A DNA stretch of 64,000 nt, taken from the NCBI GenBank assembly GCA_965228735.1, contig OZ245838.1:576001-640000 (forward strand), written 5' to 3'. The notes below the pieces were generated by a model. It made no database searches. It was not told where the DNA came from and was given only the letters and a program-made list of their open reading frames with translations. Positions 10,901 to 21,063 of this stretch are shown one piece after another. The position numbers and the translations under genes were made by a program. How positions within the stretch are numbered: position 1 is the stretch's first letter; every line of letters starts with the position of its first letter. This DNA comes from Planctomycetota bacterium (GTDB lineage: Bacteria > Planctomycetota > UBA1135 > UBA2386).

Positions 10901-11808
10901 CTGAAGCGGGTTGAAGCCGTAACGGACCACAACGACACCGCCAACGGCTTCTGCGCCGCCCTTGTCCAACGCCCCTCGACGCAGGGCGGGCCCCTTGGTG
11001 ACATGGCCGACATCGCGGACGCGGATCGGCACGTTGTCGTTGACACGTACGACGGTCTCCTCGATGTCCTCGACGTTCTTGACGAAGCCAAGGCCGCGGA
11101 TCACATACTCGGCTCGGCTGACCTCGATCGTGCGAGCGCCGACGTCGAGGTTCGACATCTTCGTTGCCGCGAAGACCTGATCCAGCGTGACGCCGTGTGC
11201 CCGCATGGCGTCCGGATCGACGTCGATCTGGTATTCCTCGACGAATCCACCGATGGAGGCGACCTCGCTTACGCCTTCTGCAGCAAGCAGCGTGTAGCGG
11301 ACATACCAGTCCTGCACACTGCGCAACTCCTGTGGCCCCCATCCTCCAGTGGGGTTGCCGTCGGGGTCGCGCCCCTCGAGTGTGTACCAGTAGACCTGAC
11401 CCAGTGCCGTGGCGTCCGGTCCGAGCGCTGGCTGGACGTCCGCGGGCAAGGTGCCTCTCGGCAGGCTGTTGAGCTTCTCGAGGACGCGGCTTCTGCTCCA
11501 GTAGAAGTCGATGTCCTCATCGAAGATGATGTAAACGGTCGAGAAGCCGAAGAACGAGTAACTGCGTACCGTCTTGACACCGGGCAGCCCGAGAATACGA
11601 TCTGCTGGTTCTCACCGATGTCGGGGATGGCGTCGACCGGAACCGGATCGCGTGGCAAGCCACCTGCTTTCCAATCGAACGGGGCGACGAGCGCACCCCA
11701 TCCCATGACGCCGAGCACAAGGAGGAAGACGATCAGCTTCTTCCGTAGGCAGAACCAGATCAGGCGGTCCAGGAACGACTTCGGTTCGTTGGTGAGATCA
11801 CTTGCCAC
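7958..11808 (-). pseudogene. cusA: CusA/SilA-family Cu/Ag RND transporter with an internal frameshifting deletion at ~11592
   Basis: The N-terminus (GTG 11808 ...VDAIPDIGENQQIVF) joins out of frame to GLPGVKTVRSYSFFGFS. The usual intervening segment of about two dozen residues (W.GRSP..VE.Q.TYPL) is absent. The rest is ORF 7958-11449 (GIAIAIGTMVD, RIRPALMT). Confidence 0.85.
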
Positions 11809-14137
11809 GGAGGTCCTCGCGAGGCTCGAGGGTTTCGATGGCGGAGCCGCAATCCAGCATCTTGGCGCCGTAGTAGGGGTTCTGCACCTCGTCCGAACCC
11901 TGCAACCAACGCGCGCCGCGGCCGTCGAATGCCATTGGGCAATGCATGACACGGACCTTCGCAGGCGAACCGAGTGCGCGGAGTGCCGTTTCAATACCCT
12001 TGGACACTTGCTCGAACGCCGCTCGCGCACCTTCGATGTCGTCGCCCTCGGAAATCTGGCGCGCGCTCGTGACCACTGCGTTCGTCAACGATTGCCACGC
12101 GACTTGCGCCGGTGCTGGTAGAGACGTCGACGAAACGCCGTCGGTTGCGGCGGCCAGCTTCGACGCTGCCGACTTGGCCTTGCTGAGATCGTCAGCTGCG
12201 AGGGCCGAATGCAGATCAGAGTAAGCCTCCCAGTTCCGTCGAAGCGCTGAGCGCACCTCCTCCGGCAACTCGACGGGCGTACCTGACGGGGATTCTGCCG
12301 TCGTTTGGAAGTGCTTCCGCATCATCTCGACCGACGTGGTGAGCTTCCCGAGGTTTGACTTCGCGGTCGACGTGTCAGGCGAAGCACTGCCTTCGAATGC
12401 GTCGTTCGACAGGCGCATCGACAGCTCCATCCACATCTTGTGGGAATCCCCCTCGAACAGCTGCATCCGGGTTTCGGCAACGGCCTTGCCGAGTTGCTCG
12501 AACCGTTGTTTTGCTTCGTGGAGGTCGCCTGCATCTACGGACGCGGTGATGTCAGCGTAGACCCGCTCGATCAGCTGCAGTCGAGTCCGCGCGCCCGCCG
12601 AGAGCATGGAAGCGTGGCTCTGACCCGAGGGCATCGTTGCTGGCTTCGTTCCGGCTCCGCCGCCGTGGTTGTGGCCGCCCGCGGGCTGGCCGCCCGCAGG
12701 GCTCATCATGCTCGGTCTGGCCTGCAACTGGAGAGCGCTGTCGATCTTGAAGTTGCCTTCGGCCACCACGAGCTCGTTTTCCTGGAGGCCGTGAAGGACG
12801 ACGTACTGGTCGCCGGCTCTCGGTCCGAGCACGACCTCCCGACCCTCGTAGGTCGGAGTCTCTCGGTCGGGGAGCTCGACGTAGACGATGGCGCGCGTTC
12901 CGGTCACCAAGGTGGCGGAGACCGGCACAACGAGCGGGGCTTCGTCCTGAACTTCAGTTGCGGGGACGTAGCCGAGTTCGTGGGCAGGGACGAGATCCAT
13001 GCCGCACACGTCGCACTTGCCGGGGCCGTCCTTCACGATCTCGGGATGCATGGGGGAGATCCACTTTCCGACGAGGGATGGATCCATGACCTTGCCAGCG
13101 CCAGCGATCCGGGCCGCGACGGTTGCGTGCACGAACATGTCTGGCTTGAGCAGGCCGTCGGGATTCGGCACGTTCACGCGGACCTTGACGGTGCGTGTGC
13201 GACGGTCGAGGACGGGGTCGATGAAGGAGATTCGGCCGTTGAACCGTCGTCCGCCGTAGGCCTCGGTCTCGAACGAGACCTGCTGACCATATCGAAGCCA
13301 CTCCAGGTCGCTCTCGTATGCGTCCAGTTGCACCCAGACGTGACTGAGGTCCGCGATCGTGAAGATGCGCGTTCCCGTCTGCACGTACATGCCCTCCTGG
13401 GCACTACGGTGGATGACGAGGCCGGATGAAGGTGCGTGGATCGTGACGTGCTCCTCGGCAGATCCCCGTTTCTCGATTGCCGAGATCTGCTCCTTCGAGA
13501 GGCCCCAGAGGCGCAGCTTCTCTCGTGCCGAGTCGATGGTGCCCTGAGCCGAGGCTCTCAGTGATTCGAACTCGCTCTTCTGCAGGTCTCCAAGCGATGC
13601 TAGCGCCTGTAGCAGCTCCTCCTGCGCGCTATAGAGCTCAGGGCTGTAGAGCTTCACCATGTGGTCACCCTTGCGCACGGTGACCCCGGTGAAGTCTACG
13701 TAGAGCTCGTCGATTCTCCCTGGAACCCAAGCGGTGATGTAGCCGAGTCGTGTCTCGTCGTAGGTCACCTTGCCGACGAGGCGCACCCTTGCATCGGGGA
13801 AGCGTCGCTCGACGGGGACGGTTCGAACGCGCATGAGGGCTCGCTGTTCCGGACGTATCGTCAGTTGTCGTAGCCCACCCGAGTCGCCGCCGCTCGAGGC
13901 CCGGATGAGATCCATCCCGCAGATGGGGCACTTGCCCTGCGATGGCATGCGGATCTGTGGGTGCATGGAGCAGGTCCACACTTCGGCTGCAGCGGCATGG
14001 CCTTCGTGCGTAGTCGTCGAGTGCTCGGGGTGCGTGGGCGGTGTTGCATCACCCCATAGGAGGTAGCCGACTCCGAGCCCGGCGATGGTTGTGGCGACGA
14101 GCAGCGCGGTCAGACGGGTGGTCTTGCTTACGTTCAT
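11798..14137 (-). CDS. cusB: CusB-like membrane fusion protein with heavy-metal-binding domains and DUF3347-like C-terminus
   Basis: WTCSMHPQI...CPICGMDL, SPMHPEIV...CDVCGMDL, and C-terminal HCPMAF...WLQ...NPYYGAKMLDCG. Confidence 0.9.
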   Translation of the reverse strand: MNVSKTTRLTALLVATTIAGLGVGYLLWGDATPPTHPEHSTTTHEGHAAAAEVWTCSMHPQIRMPSQGKCPICGMDLIRASSGGDSGGLRQLTIRPEQRALMRVRTVPVERRFPDARVRLVGKVTYDETRLGYITAWVPGRIDELYVDFTGVTVRKGDHMVKLYSPELYSAQEELLQALASLGDLQKSEFESLRASAQGTIDSAREKLRLWGLSKEQISAIEKRGSAEEHVTIHAPSSGLVIHRSAQEGMYVQTGTRIFTIADLSHVWVQLDAYESDLEWLRYGQQVSFETEAYGGRRFNGRISFIDPVLDRRTRTVKVRVNVPNPDGLLKPDMFVHATVAARIAGAGKVMDPSLVGKWISPMHPEIVKDGPGKCDVCGMDLVPAHELGYVPATEVQDEAPLVVPVSATLVTGTRAIVYVELPDRETPTYEGREVVLGPRAGDQYVVLHGLQENELVVAEGNFKIDSALQLQARPSMMSPAGGQPAGGHNHGGGAGTKPATMPSGQSHASMLSAGARTRLQLIERVYADITASVDAGDLHEAKQRFEQLGKAVAETRMQLFEGDSHKMWMELSMRLSNDAFEGSASPDTSTAKSNLGKLTTSVEMMRKHFQTTAESPSGTPVELPEEVRSALRRNWEAYSDLHSALAADDLSKAKSAASKLAAATDGVSSTSLPAPAQVAWQSLTNAVVTSARQISEGDDIEGARAAFEQVSKGIETALRALGSPAKVRVMHCPMAFDGRGARWLQGSDEVQNPYYGAKMLDCGSAIETLEPREDLRGK

Positions 14138-14141
14138 CTTG

Positions 14142-15545
14142 CTACTTCTCCTTGTCGGACGATTTCACGTCCGCGCTCTTCGTGGGGATCGCGTGGCCGA
14201 CGAGGCGCTCGAGTACCGCTCGCCACTGTCCGTGGTCGGCACGGGATCGCTCGAATGACAGTTCGAAGGACAGCAGCATCCGCTGCGCATCCACCAGGTC
14301 GGAGAAGCTTCCATTCCCCGCGCTGTAGGCTGTCTGAGTGGTCGCGAGCGACTCGCGCGCCTTGGGAAGCAGTGTGTCGCGATACAAGGCAATCTGTCGT
14401 TCTGCGTCGCGGATGCGGAACAGCGCAGTCGCCGCTTCTGCCTGAAGCTTGTTGAGCAGGTCTCCTCGTCTCAGTGCCGTCGAAAACTGGCGGGCTTTGG
14501 CTTCACGAACGGCCGCGTTGTACTTGCCGCGTGCAATTGGAAGATTGAAAGAGACGCCAGCAATGACGGCATCGTCGCCGCTGCCCGCCACTCCAGGCAT
14601 GCGAGCATCGCCGGTGGCCAGGTAATCGACACCGAAGGTGAAGTCGGGGTAGAAGTCCTTCTCGGCACGCAGGGCGGCTGCCCTTGCGGCGTCGATTTCG
14701 TGCCGCATCGCCATGAGCTCCGGGTTGCTGGTGGCAATCCACCCGAGAACCTCTTCGTCGGGGGCCCCGAGCGGATGGACGTCGGCCTTCTTTGGGAACG
14801 GGATCGGAGTCGATTTGCGTCGATTGAGCGCCGCGTTCAATCGTGCGATGAATGGCGACTTGCGATCGTCCAGGCTGGCCAGCTGGTTCTCCAGCTGGCC
14901 GAGTTCCACCTGGGCGCGGATGATATCGGGGTGGTTGGCGGCTCCTGCCCCGTAGCGGGCGCGGGCTACTCGCTCAAGCTGCTGGATGAGGTCGCGGTTG
15001 CCGCGGACGACTTCGACGGCACGCCCCAGATGGTAGTACTCCAGGTAGGCATCGATGACCTCTGCGACAAGCGAGTCTTTCTTCGCCTCGAACCTCTCCT
15101 TAGCGGCACCTGCAGCGCCCGAGGCGATCTGGCCCTGCAACTCGAGTTTGCCGAACCAAGGCAGTGTCTGTGATAGGCCGAACGCGTGCTGTTGCGGACC
15201 GACGCGGGTCTCGACTTCCTGGATGTAGTACCGGTAGCTGAACCTCGGATCCGGGAGCGCCGTCACCTGGGGGATGCGCTCCATCGCGGCGATGTAGTCC
15301 TGGAACGCGGCTTCCAAGCCGGGGTTGTTCAGTAGCGCGTACCGGATGTAGGTATCGAGATCGGAGTTGATTGTGAAGTCGGGCAGTTGCGGCCGTTCGG
15401 CGCGCATTCCGGCTGGTGCGCTGGTGTACGGACCGATGGGCGTCGTGCGTGGATGCATGCTGCACGCGGCAATCGTGGGTAGGAGGCAACAGAGGGCGTT
15501 GCCGACGCGGACTCGCGTCCACCGACGTTGTGCTGTCGTCTTCAT
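14142..15545 (-). CDS. TolC-family outer-membrane lipoprotein (CusC-like)
   Basis: 467 aa; lipobox IAAC; NNPGLEAA, LSQTLPWFGKL and YPDFTFG OEP motifs; upstream of cusB. Confidence 0.9.
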   Translation of the reverse strand: MKTTAQRRWTRVRVGNALCCLLPTIAACSMHPRTTPIGPYTSAPAGMRAERPQLPDFTINSDLDTYIRYALLNNPGLEAAFQDYIAAMERIPQVTALPDPRFSYRYYIQEVETRVGPQQHAFGLSQTLPWFGKLELQGQIASGAAGAAKERFEAKKDSLVAEVIDAYLEYYHLGRAVEVVRGNRDLIQQLERVARARYGAGAANHPDIIRAQVELGQLENQLASLDDRKSPFIARLNAALNRRKSTPIPFPKKADVHPLGAPDEEVLGWIATSNPELMAMRHEIDAARAAALRAEKDFYPDFTFGVDYLATGDARMPGVAGSGDDAVIAGVSFNLPIARGKYNAAVREAKARQFSTALRRGDLLNKLQAEAATALFRIRDAERQIALYRDTLLPKARESLATTQTAYSAGNGSFSDLVDAQRMLLSFELSFERSRADHGQWRAVLERLVGHAIPTKSADVKSSDKEK

Positions 15546-15635
15546 CGTGAGTTGACTCGATATGTGCGGATCATGAGAGCCGCACCCCCATAGGCGGTGA
15601 CCCGTACCATCTTAGGGGCGCTCGGTTTGGTGGGC

Positions 15636-16637
15636 TCAGTAGCCGGACCCGCTGATGATCTTCGCCTGTAGGATCAACGAGTGGAGTCGGTGGGACCCCT
15701 TGTTCTCCGGGTCGGTCTCGCACGCCTTGTTGCACCACTCGCTTGCGTCCGACAACGCCTCTCGTTCGAGGTAGATTTGACCGAGTGCGAGGTACGCCGC
15801 GGTCAGGCGGCTGCGTAGCTCCGCTTGGGCGGCCGCAAGGCGGTCGGCGGTGCTGGAAGCATTTGTCGACGCTTGTTCAGTTTCTGATGCTTCAGGGCCG
15901 ACCAGGTCGTGCACGGCCTTCCAGGTCTTCTCCATGCGCGCGATCCCTCGTTGTAGGCGGCGTTGATCTCGCATCTTTCCGTGGGCGGGGGGCGCAGAGT
16001 CAGACGCGCTCCGCTCCAGCGCGCGCCTGACCTTCTTGATGGCCGCTGTTGCTTCCTTCTCGGTGACGACGCGCGCGAATGGTGTGGCGACCGAGCGGAC
16101 CTTCTTGAGCAGGGCTCGTGCGGCGGCCGCGGCGTCCGTGTCTGAGTAGTCCCGGACGATCGTCTGTGCAGCGAGCTTTGCGGAGCCGTAGAGACCCGCT
16201 TCTGCGTCGGAACTGGCAGCGCGCAGGAGTTGCGTCGCGATGGATTGCCTGAGAGCCTTGATGAGGCGATTGCTCGCATCGGTCAGGGCAGGGTCGCGAC
16301 GTGCAGATTCACGTGCCTCGGCAATGCCGAAGGCAAACAGACCAAGTTCACGACACGTCTGAGCAAGCTCGAGATGAGCCGTGCCGCTTGTTTGATCCAT
16401 GCGTCCGGACAGGATCGCATACATCGACCGAGGCTTGATGTCGCCGCGCTTGAGAACGCGCGTTTCGACGCGTGGAAACGTAACGGCGATTTCGATGGTC
16501 GATGCCTGCACGTTCACGACTCGTCCGATAACGACCTCGCCGGTTCGAAGCGCGATCCCCTGTGCTGGAATGGCTGCAGCGATGAGGAAGAAGGCCGCTG
16601 TGAGCGCTGGGCCGACCATTGGGGAGGTAGGGTTCAT
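15636..16637 (-). CDS. Exported helical/TPR-like hypothetical protein
   Basis: Signal peptide; IALRTGEVVIGRV N-domain; C-terminal AYLALGQIYLE...ACETDPEN resembles a TPR. Start 16637 chosen because a sigma-54 site lies just upstream. Confidence 0.7.
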   Translation of the reverse strand: MNPTSPMVGPALTAAFFLIAAAIPAQGIALRTGEVVIGRVVNVQASTIEIAVTFPRVETRVLKRGDIKPRSMYAILSGRMDQTSGTAHLELAQTCRELGLFAFGIAEARESARRDPALTDASNRLIKALRQSIATQLLRAASSDAEAGLYGSAKLAAQTIVRDYSDTDAAAAARALLKKVRSVATPFARVVTEKEATAAIKKVRRALERSASDSAPPAHGKMRDQRRLQRGIARMEKTWKAVHDLVGPEASETEQASTNASSTADRLAAAQAELRSRLTAAYLALGQIYLEREALSDASEWCNKACETDPENKGSHRLHSLILQAKIISGSGY

Positions 16638-16690
16638 GGTGTTCCGGGGACTGTCCGCAGTCGTCGCGTGTTGATGTCCTGACTGCGGAG

Positions 16691-16706
16691 AGCAACATGC
16701 ATGCCG
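16691..16706 (-). promoter_or_regulatory. sigma-54 (-24/-12) promoter of the cus-type operon
   Basis: Minus strand CGGCATGCATGTTGCT (GG-N10-GC; consensus TGGCACG-N4-TTGC). Confidence 0.7.
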
Positions 16707-16856
16707 TTTCGCAGCAGCCTGAGGTACGGTCGTTGCACACACTGCGACGACGAAAGCCATTGCCTTGCCGCGGTAGGGGCAGCATGTTCCCCTCCGGCGA
16801 CGCCCAATTGGGCGACTTGAACGAAGCTGGCCCCGTTGCGGCGCGACCAGATCCTG

Positions 16857-18710
16857 ATGCCATCCTCACCAGAAACTGTTCACAGCGAGCGGAGCGATAC
16901 CGTGGCGAAGCCAGCGCACGAAGCCGGTGGGCACCTGCGGCGCCGTCTGTTGCTTTGGTCACTCGGGATCGCCTTGGTGCCGATGATCTTGCTGGCGGCC
17001 CAAGGCTACCACTGTGCCAAGTCGGCCGTCCTGGATGCCGCGACTGCCAGGTTGGCTCAGCTCACCGCTTCGCGCGAGCGCCAACTAGAGCTTTGGTTCC
17101 GCGAACGAGTCGCGGATGCGGGGTTCCTCGCTGGCTGTCCGGCAGTGCGGCATCGGTGTACGACTGACAGTTCTCAGGGGGGCGTGGAGCATGGTGCGAA
17201 CGCTCTGCTAGGTCAGTTCGTGGCGAGGAACGGTTTGTATGAAGCGCTTGGGCTCTACGATCTGAAGTGGCGGGAGCTGGCTGGGGCCGGGACTGATGCG
17301 CACGGAATCGAAGATTTCGAGCGATCAGACATCAAGCTCGCGGTGCGAACCTCAACGTCGGGGGCCGCGGGGCGAATACACCGGCATGAGAACGGGCAGC
17401 TGGGCATGCACTTCGGTGCTGCAGTGATGCGTGATGGCGTCATCACTGGGTATGTCTTGACGGCTCTCGACGAATCGAAGCTCGAAGACATCTTGTCGGA
17501 TGTAGGCGCAGGGCTATCCAACAGTCGCTGCTACTTGGTGTCGTCGGAAGGGGTACTGTTGACTTCGTCCGGACTGCGAGATTCCGGGGATGCTCTCCAA
17601 GCCGAGATTGACACCGTTGGGTTTCGTCGCGCGAAAGGAGGAGACTCGGGCGCGGCGCTCTACTCCGACGCCAGCGGCCGCGAGGTGGTAGGTGGCTTCA
17701 CCGCGCTTCCCCAGATGGGGTGGGTGCTGCTGCTCGAGCAGGACGCTGCAGAGGCCTTGGCGTGGCTCCCCGAGCTCAGCTCGAGGGCGGCGCTCACGGC
17801 GCTCGTCGTCGCCCTGATCGTTGTTCTCATCGTGCGCGTGGGGGCTCGGCAACTCACGACACCACTGCAGCAGTTGGTCCGGGTCGCACATCGTGTCGGT
17901 GGCGGGGATCACGCAGCCCGCGTCGTGCCCTTGGCTCAGCCCGAGGTAGATGCTGTAGGTCGTGCGTTGAACGGCATGCTCGACGAGTTGTCGCAGGCTC
18001 GGCAGCGAATCGTGCATTCAGAGACCCTAGCTGCGATGGGGGAGATGAGTTCGGCCGTCGTTCATGAGATGCGCAATCCGCTTTCGTCGATCAAGATGAA
18101 CCTCCAAGCAATCCGGTCGGGTCTCGCAGCCGGTAGCAGGCATGTCGAGCTTGCCGATATTGCACAAGAGCAGGTTTCTCGCCTTGAGCGGATGTTCACT
18201 GACCTGTTGTCGCTGAGCCGTCCGTTGTCGATGGACTACCGCGTGCATCGACTTCGGGACGTGATCGTGGCGGCGCTCGAGGCGGTCGAGAATGAGGCCG
18301 GGGAGCTGCGCTGTCGCATCCGTGTCGAGGATGGTCACGAGGACCTTGAACTCCGGATTGATTCGGAGCGGATCCGGCAAGTGTTGGTCAATCTGTTTGA
18401 GAACGCGATGGCCGCGACCGGGCCTAACGGGCAAATCGACGTTGCGGTCCTGCTCGACGAGCGAGCGAGGATGGTGGCGCTAGAGGTTTCGGACGACGGT
18501 CCGGGGATTCCAGAAGACAACCGAGAGCGACTGTTTCAGCCATTTTTCACCTCCCGGGAGCAGGGCACGGGGCTCGGGCTGGCGATCGTTCGGAAGATCG
18601 TCGATTACCATGGGGGCCGTGTCAGCGCAGCGAACCGCGTGGATGATCGCGGAGCGGTCGCTGGTGCCGTGTTCCGAATCGAGTTGCCCAATGAGCCAGA
18701 GCCAGCATGA
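16857..18710 (+). CDS. Membrane sensor histidine kinase (Cache-like, HAMP, HisKA, HATPase)
   Basis: Two TM segments; VHEMRNPL H-box; NLFENA, DDGPGI and GTGLGL boxes. Start is uncertain. Confidence 0.93.
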   Translation: MPSSPETVHSERSDTVAKPAHEAGGHLRRRLLLWSLGIALVPMILLAAQGYHCAKSAVLDAATARLAQLTASRERQLELWFRERVADAGFLAGCPAVRHRCTTDSSQGGVEHGANALLGQFVARNGLYEALGLYDLKWRELAGAGTDAHGIEDFERSDIKLAVRTSTSGAAGRIHRHENGQLGMHFGAAVMRDGVITGYVLTALDESKLEDILSDVGAGLSNSRCYLVSSEGVLLTSSGLRDSGDALQAEIDTVGFRRAKGGDSGAALYSDASGREVVGGFTALPQMGWVLLLEQDAAEALAWLPELSSRAALTALVVALIVVLIVRVGARQLTTPLQQLVRVAHRVGGGDHAARVVPLAQPEVDAVGRALNGMLDELSQARQRIVHSETLAAMGEMSSAVVHEMRNPLSSIKMNLQAIRSGLAAGSRHVELADIAQEQVSRLERMFTDLLSLSRPLSMDYRVHRLRDVIVAALEAVENEAGELRCRIRVEDGHEDLELRIDSERIRQVLVNLFENAMAATGPNGQIDVAVLLDERARMVALEVSDDGPGIPEDNRERLFQPFFTSREQGTGLGLAIVRKIVDYHGGRVSAANRVDDRGAVAGAVFRIELPNEPEPA

Positions 18711-20055
18711 CGCCCTCCGCATTCTGATCGTCGATGACGATGCGGCCATCTGTAGGTCGCTACAGATCCTCCTTGAAGAGCAGGGACACGCCGTCGCGAC
18801 GCGCACGAAGGGCGGAGCTGCCGGCGAGGCGGTGCGAGAGTTCGAACCTGACATCGTCTTCCTGGATCTCCGCTTGCCCGATCGCGATGGGTTGAGGGTT
18901 CTGAAGGACCTGACCGACGCCGCGGACGCGCCCGAGGTCGTCATGATCACGGGGGTTCAGGACATGAAGTCGATGATCGAGGCGATCCAGATTGGAGCAC
19001 TGGACTACGTCCGCAAGCCGCTGGCGGTAGAGGATGTGCTCGTGGCGATCGAGAAGTGTCGGCAACGGCGCCGGCAGCGGCGGCCAATGGCACAGCGGGC
19101 GGACCTCGTCCCGATCACTCCCGGTGCGGAGCACCCGGATGAAATCGTCGGGTCAGACCGACGTATCCTCGAACTCCTGAAGCAGGTCGGCCTTCTATCA
19201 AGGAGTCAGGTTACGGTCCTGATCGAAGGCGAGAGCGGCACGGGAAAGGAGCTTGTCGCCCGGGCGATTCATAACGCGTCATCGCCTGCTGAGCCCTTCG
19301 TGGCAATCAACTGCGCGGCGATCGTGCCCACACTCCTCGAGAGCGAGCTCTTCGGTTATGAGAAGGGGGCATTCACTGGAGCGGATTCCAAGAAGCAAGG
19401 GAGGCTCGAGGATGCAGGGGGCGGAACGCTGTTCCTCGACGAGATCGGCGACATGCCACTCGAACTCCAGGCCAAACTCCTACGGGCCTTGCAGGAGCGC
19501 ACATTCGAACGCGTAGGGGGCAACCACAGCGTCTCCTTCGAAGCGCGAGTGCTTGCAGCTTCCCATCGAGATCTCGGAGAAATGGTCGAGCGCGGTGAGT
19601 TCCGGGAAGACCTGCTATACCGCCTATCCGTTGCGCGGCTCGAAATCCCGCCGCTTCGAGAGCGTCCCGGAGACATTCGAATCTTGGCGACCCACCTTCT
19701 TCATCGGATCCGGCGGCGCCTGGAAAGCGAGGTCACTGCCATCTCTGAGACAGCGTTGAAGCAGCTCGAGTTGCACTCGTGGCCTGGCAACGTCCGCGAA
19801 TTGGACAACGTGCTCACCCGTGCCGTGGCGCTCGCTCGTGCAGACGTGATCGAGGAAGTGGATATTGCGCCGGCTAGGCCTTCTCACGAAGCCGTCGCCG
19901 AGGATGGTCCGGTCAAGAAGCTCTGGGAGGTCGAGCGGGATCACGTCCGCCACGCACTTGACAGTACGGGATGGAACATCACGCGAACGGCGCAGGTCTT
20001 GGACATTTCGCCAACCACGCTGCGGAAGAAGATCGTCGACTACGAACTGCGCTAG
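18691..20055 (+). CDS. NtrC/ZraR-family sigma-54-dependent response regulator
   Basis: Receiver domain (IVDDD, FLDLRLP), GESGTGKE, GAFTGA, WPGNVREL and a Fis-type HTH. Confidence 0.95.
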   Translation: MSQSQHDALRILIVDDDAAICRSLQILLEEQGHAVATRTKGGAAGEAVREFEPDIVFLDLRLPDRDGLRVLKDLTDAADAPEVVMITGVQDMKSMIEAIQIGALDYVRKPLAVEDVLVAIEKCRQRRRQRRPMAQRADLVPITPGAEHPDEIVGSDRRILELLKQVGLLSRSQVTVLIEGESGTGKELVARAIHNASSPAEPFVAINCAAIVPTLLESELFGYEKGAFTGADSKKQGRLEDAGGGTLFLDEIGDMPLELQAKLLRALQERTFERVGGNHSVSFEARVLAASHRDLGEMVERGEFREDLLYRLSVARLEIPPLRERPGDIRILATHLLHRIRRRLESEVTAISETALKQLELHSWPGNVRELDNVLTRAVALARADVIEEVDIAPARPSHEAVAEDGPVKKLWEVERDHVRHALDSTGWNITRTAQVLDISPTTLRKKIVDYELR

Positions 20056-20127
20056 GGGAGCATCCGTTGCGCCGCTGTCGAGCGGATGGCGGGGGCTGTG
20101 CACACTCGCCCGGCTGGGAGGCTTGCC

Positions 20128-20673
20128 TCACTGGGCTGTCGCACGCGACAGGATGCGTTCGGCCATCTGCTCGATGCGCCAATCACGCGCGTGCCCCGTT
20201 GGGATGAACTCCGTGCGGCCCAGTCGCTCGCTTCGAGAAGCGATGCGGAGCGTATGCCGACATCTGCCTGTCCAGGCTTCTCCTTGATCTCTGTCGAAGA
20301 ACGTAATGGTCAAGGAACCCAGCTCGTCTTTCTGGACGGCGTAGAGATCGTAGTCAGGGTCGTTCAGGCGTCGCCGTGTCTCAATACCGAGGGTCGCCGT
20401 GAGGAGGACCTCCGCCTCGCTCTCCGTAGATGGCCTGGCTCCGAGCTGCTGCAGGTAGTTGTCGATCGCGCGTTGCGCCTGGGCGAGCAGGCTTTCTTGA
20501 GAGTGCTCGCTTACGTCGCCTGTGAAGCTCGGTGCGTTGATCCACGCATAGCTCCGGATGTTCTTCAGGTCGAAATCGGGGCGTCCGCTGGTTCGGATCG
20601 TCGAGCAACCGCCGACCAAGGAGGCTACGAGCGCCAGGAGCAGCAGTGCCACGTAGTTGGGACGGGGGCTCAT
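20128..20673 (-). CDS. DUF4136-like lipoprotein
   Basis: Lipobox VGGC; DFDLKNIRSYAW, AIDNYLQQLG and GSLTITFFD pattern. Confidence 0.7.
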   Translation of the reverse strand: MSPRPNYVALLLLALVASLVGGCSTIRTSGRPDFDLKNIRSYAWINAPSFTGDVSEHSQESLLAQAQRAIDNYLQQLGARPSTESEAEVLLTATLGIETRRRLNDPDYDLYAVQKDELGSLTITFFDRDQGEAWTGRCRHTLRIASRSERLGRTEFIPTGHARDWRIEQMAERILSRATAQ

Positions 20674-20782
20674 GGAGCTTGGTGTGTGTAGGTGGTTGGT
20701 GGGCGGTTCGGCCCTCTGGTGGCCACGGTGTGGCAAGCGAGGCCGATGTTGATGCACCGGCTTCTCACTCACTTGCCGATAC

Positions 20783-21031
20783 CTACTTTTTCAGCTTCGC
20801 AAGGAACCGCTCCTGGTCCTCTTCGAACTCCTTCACGCACGGACGGCAGCAGAACTTGACCTCCTGGTTGCCGTAGACCTTGACGACGGGATCGCCCATC
20901 GAGCCGAGCTTGTTGTCGGTGACGATGCAGAGGTCACTCGTGTAGGGGATGACGTCTGCGCTTGGGCCCGAAGCGCACGCCGCGAACAGGACGAGTGCGA
21001 GAACGGGAAGCTTGGAACGGAGCGTTTTCAT
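20783..21031 (-). CDS. Small YHS/TRASH-like metal-binding lipoprotein
   Basis: Lipobox FAAC; CIVTDNKLGSMGDP...EVKFCCRPC. Confidence 0.8.
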   Translation of the reverse strand: MKTLRSKLPVLALVLFAACASGPSADVIPYTSDLCIVTDNKLGSMGDPVVKVYGNQEVKFCCRPCVKEFEEDQERFLAKLKK

Positions 21032-21063
21032 TTTGGAGATGCCTCGCTAAGAGATGTTGGCCA

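Noticed and set aside
16638..16760. Longer N-terminus for the TPR-like gene
   Set aside because: It would contain the sigma-54 promoter, and the signal peptide starts after Met 16637
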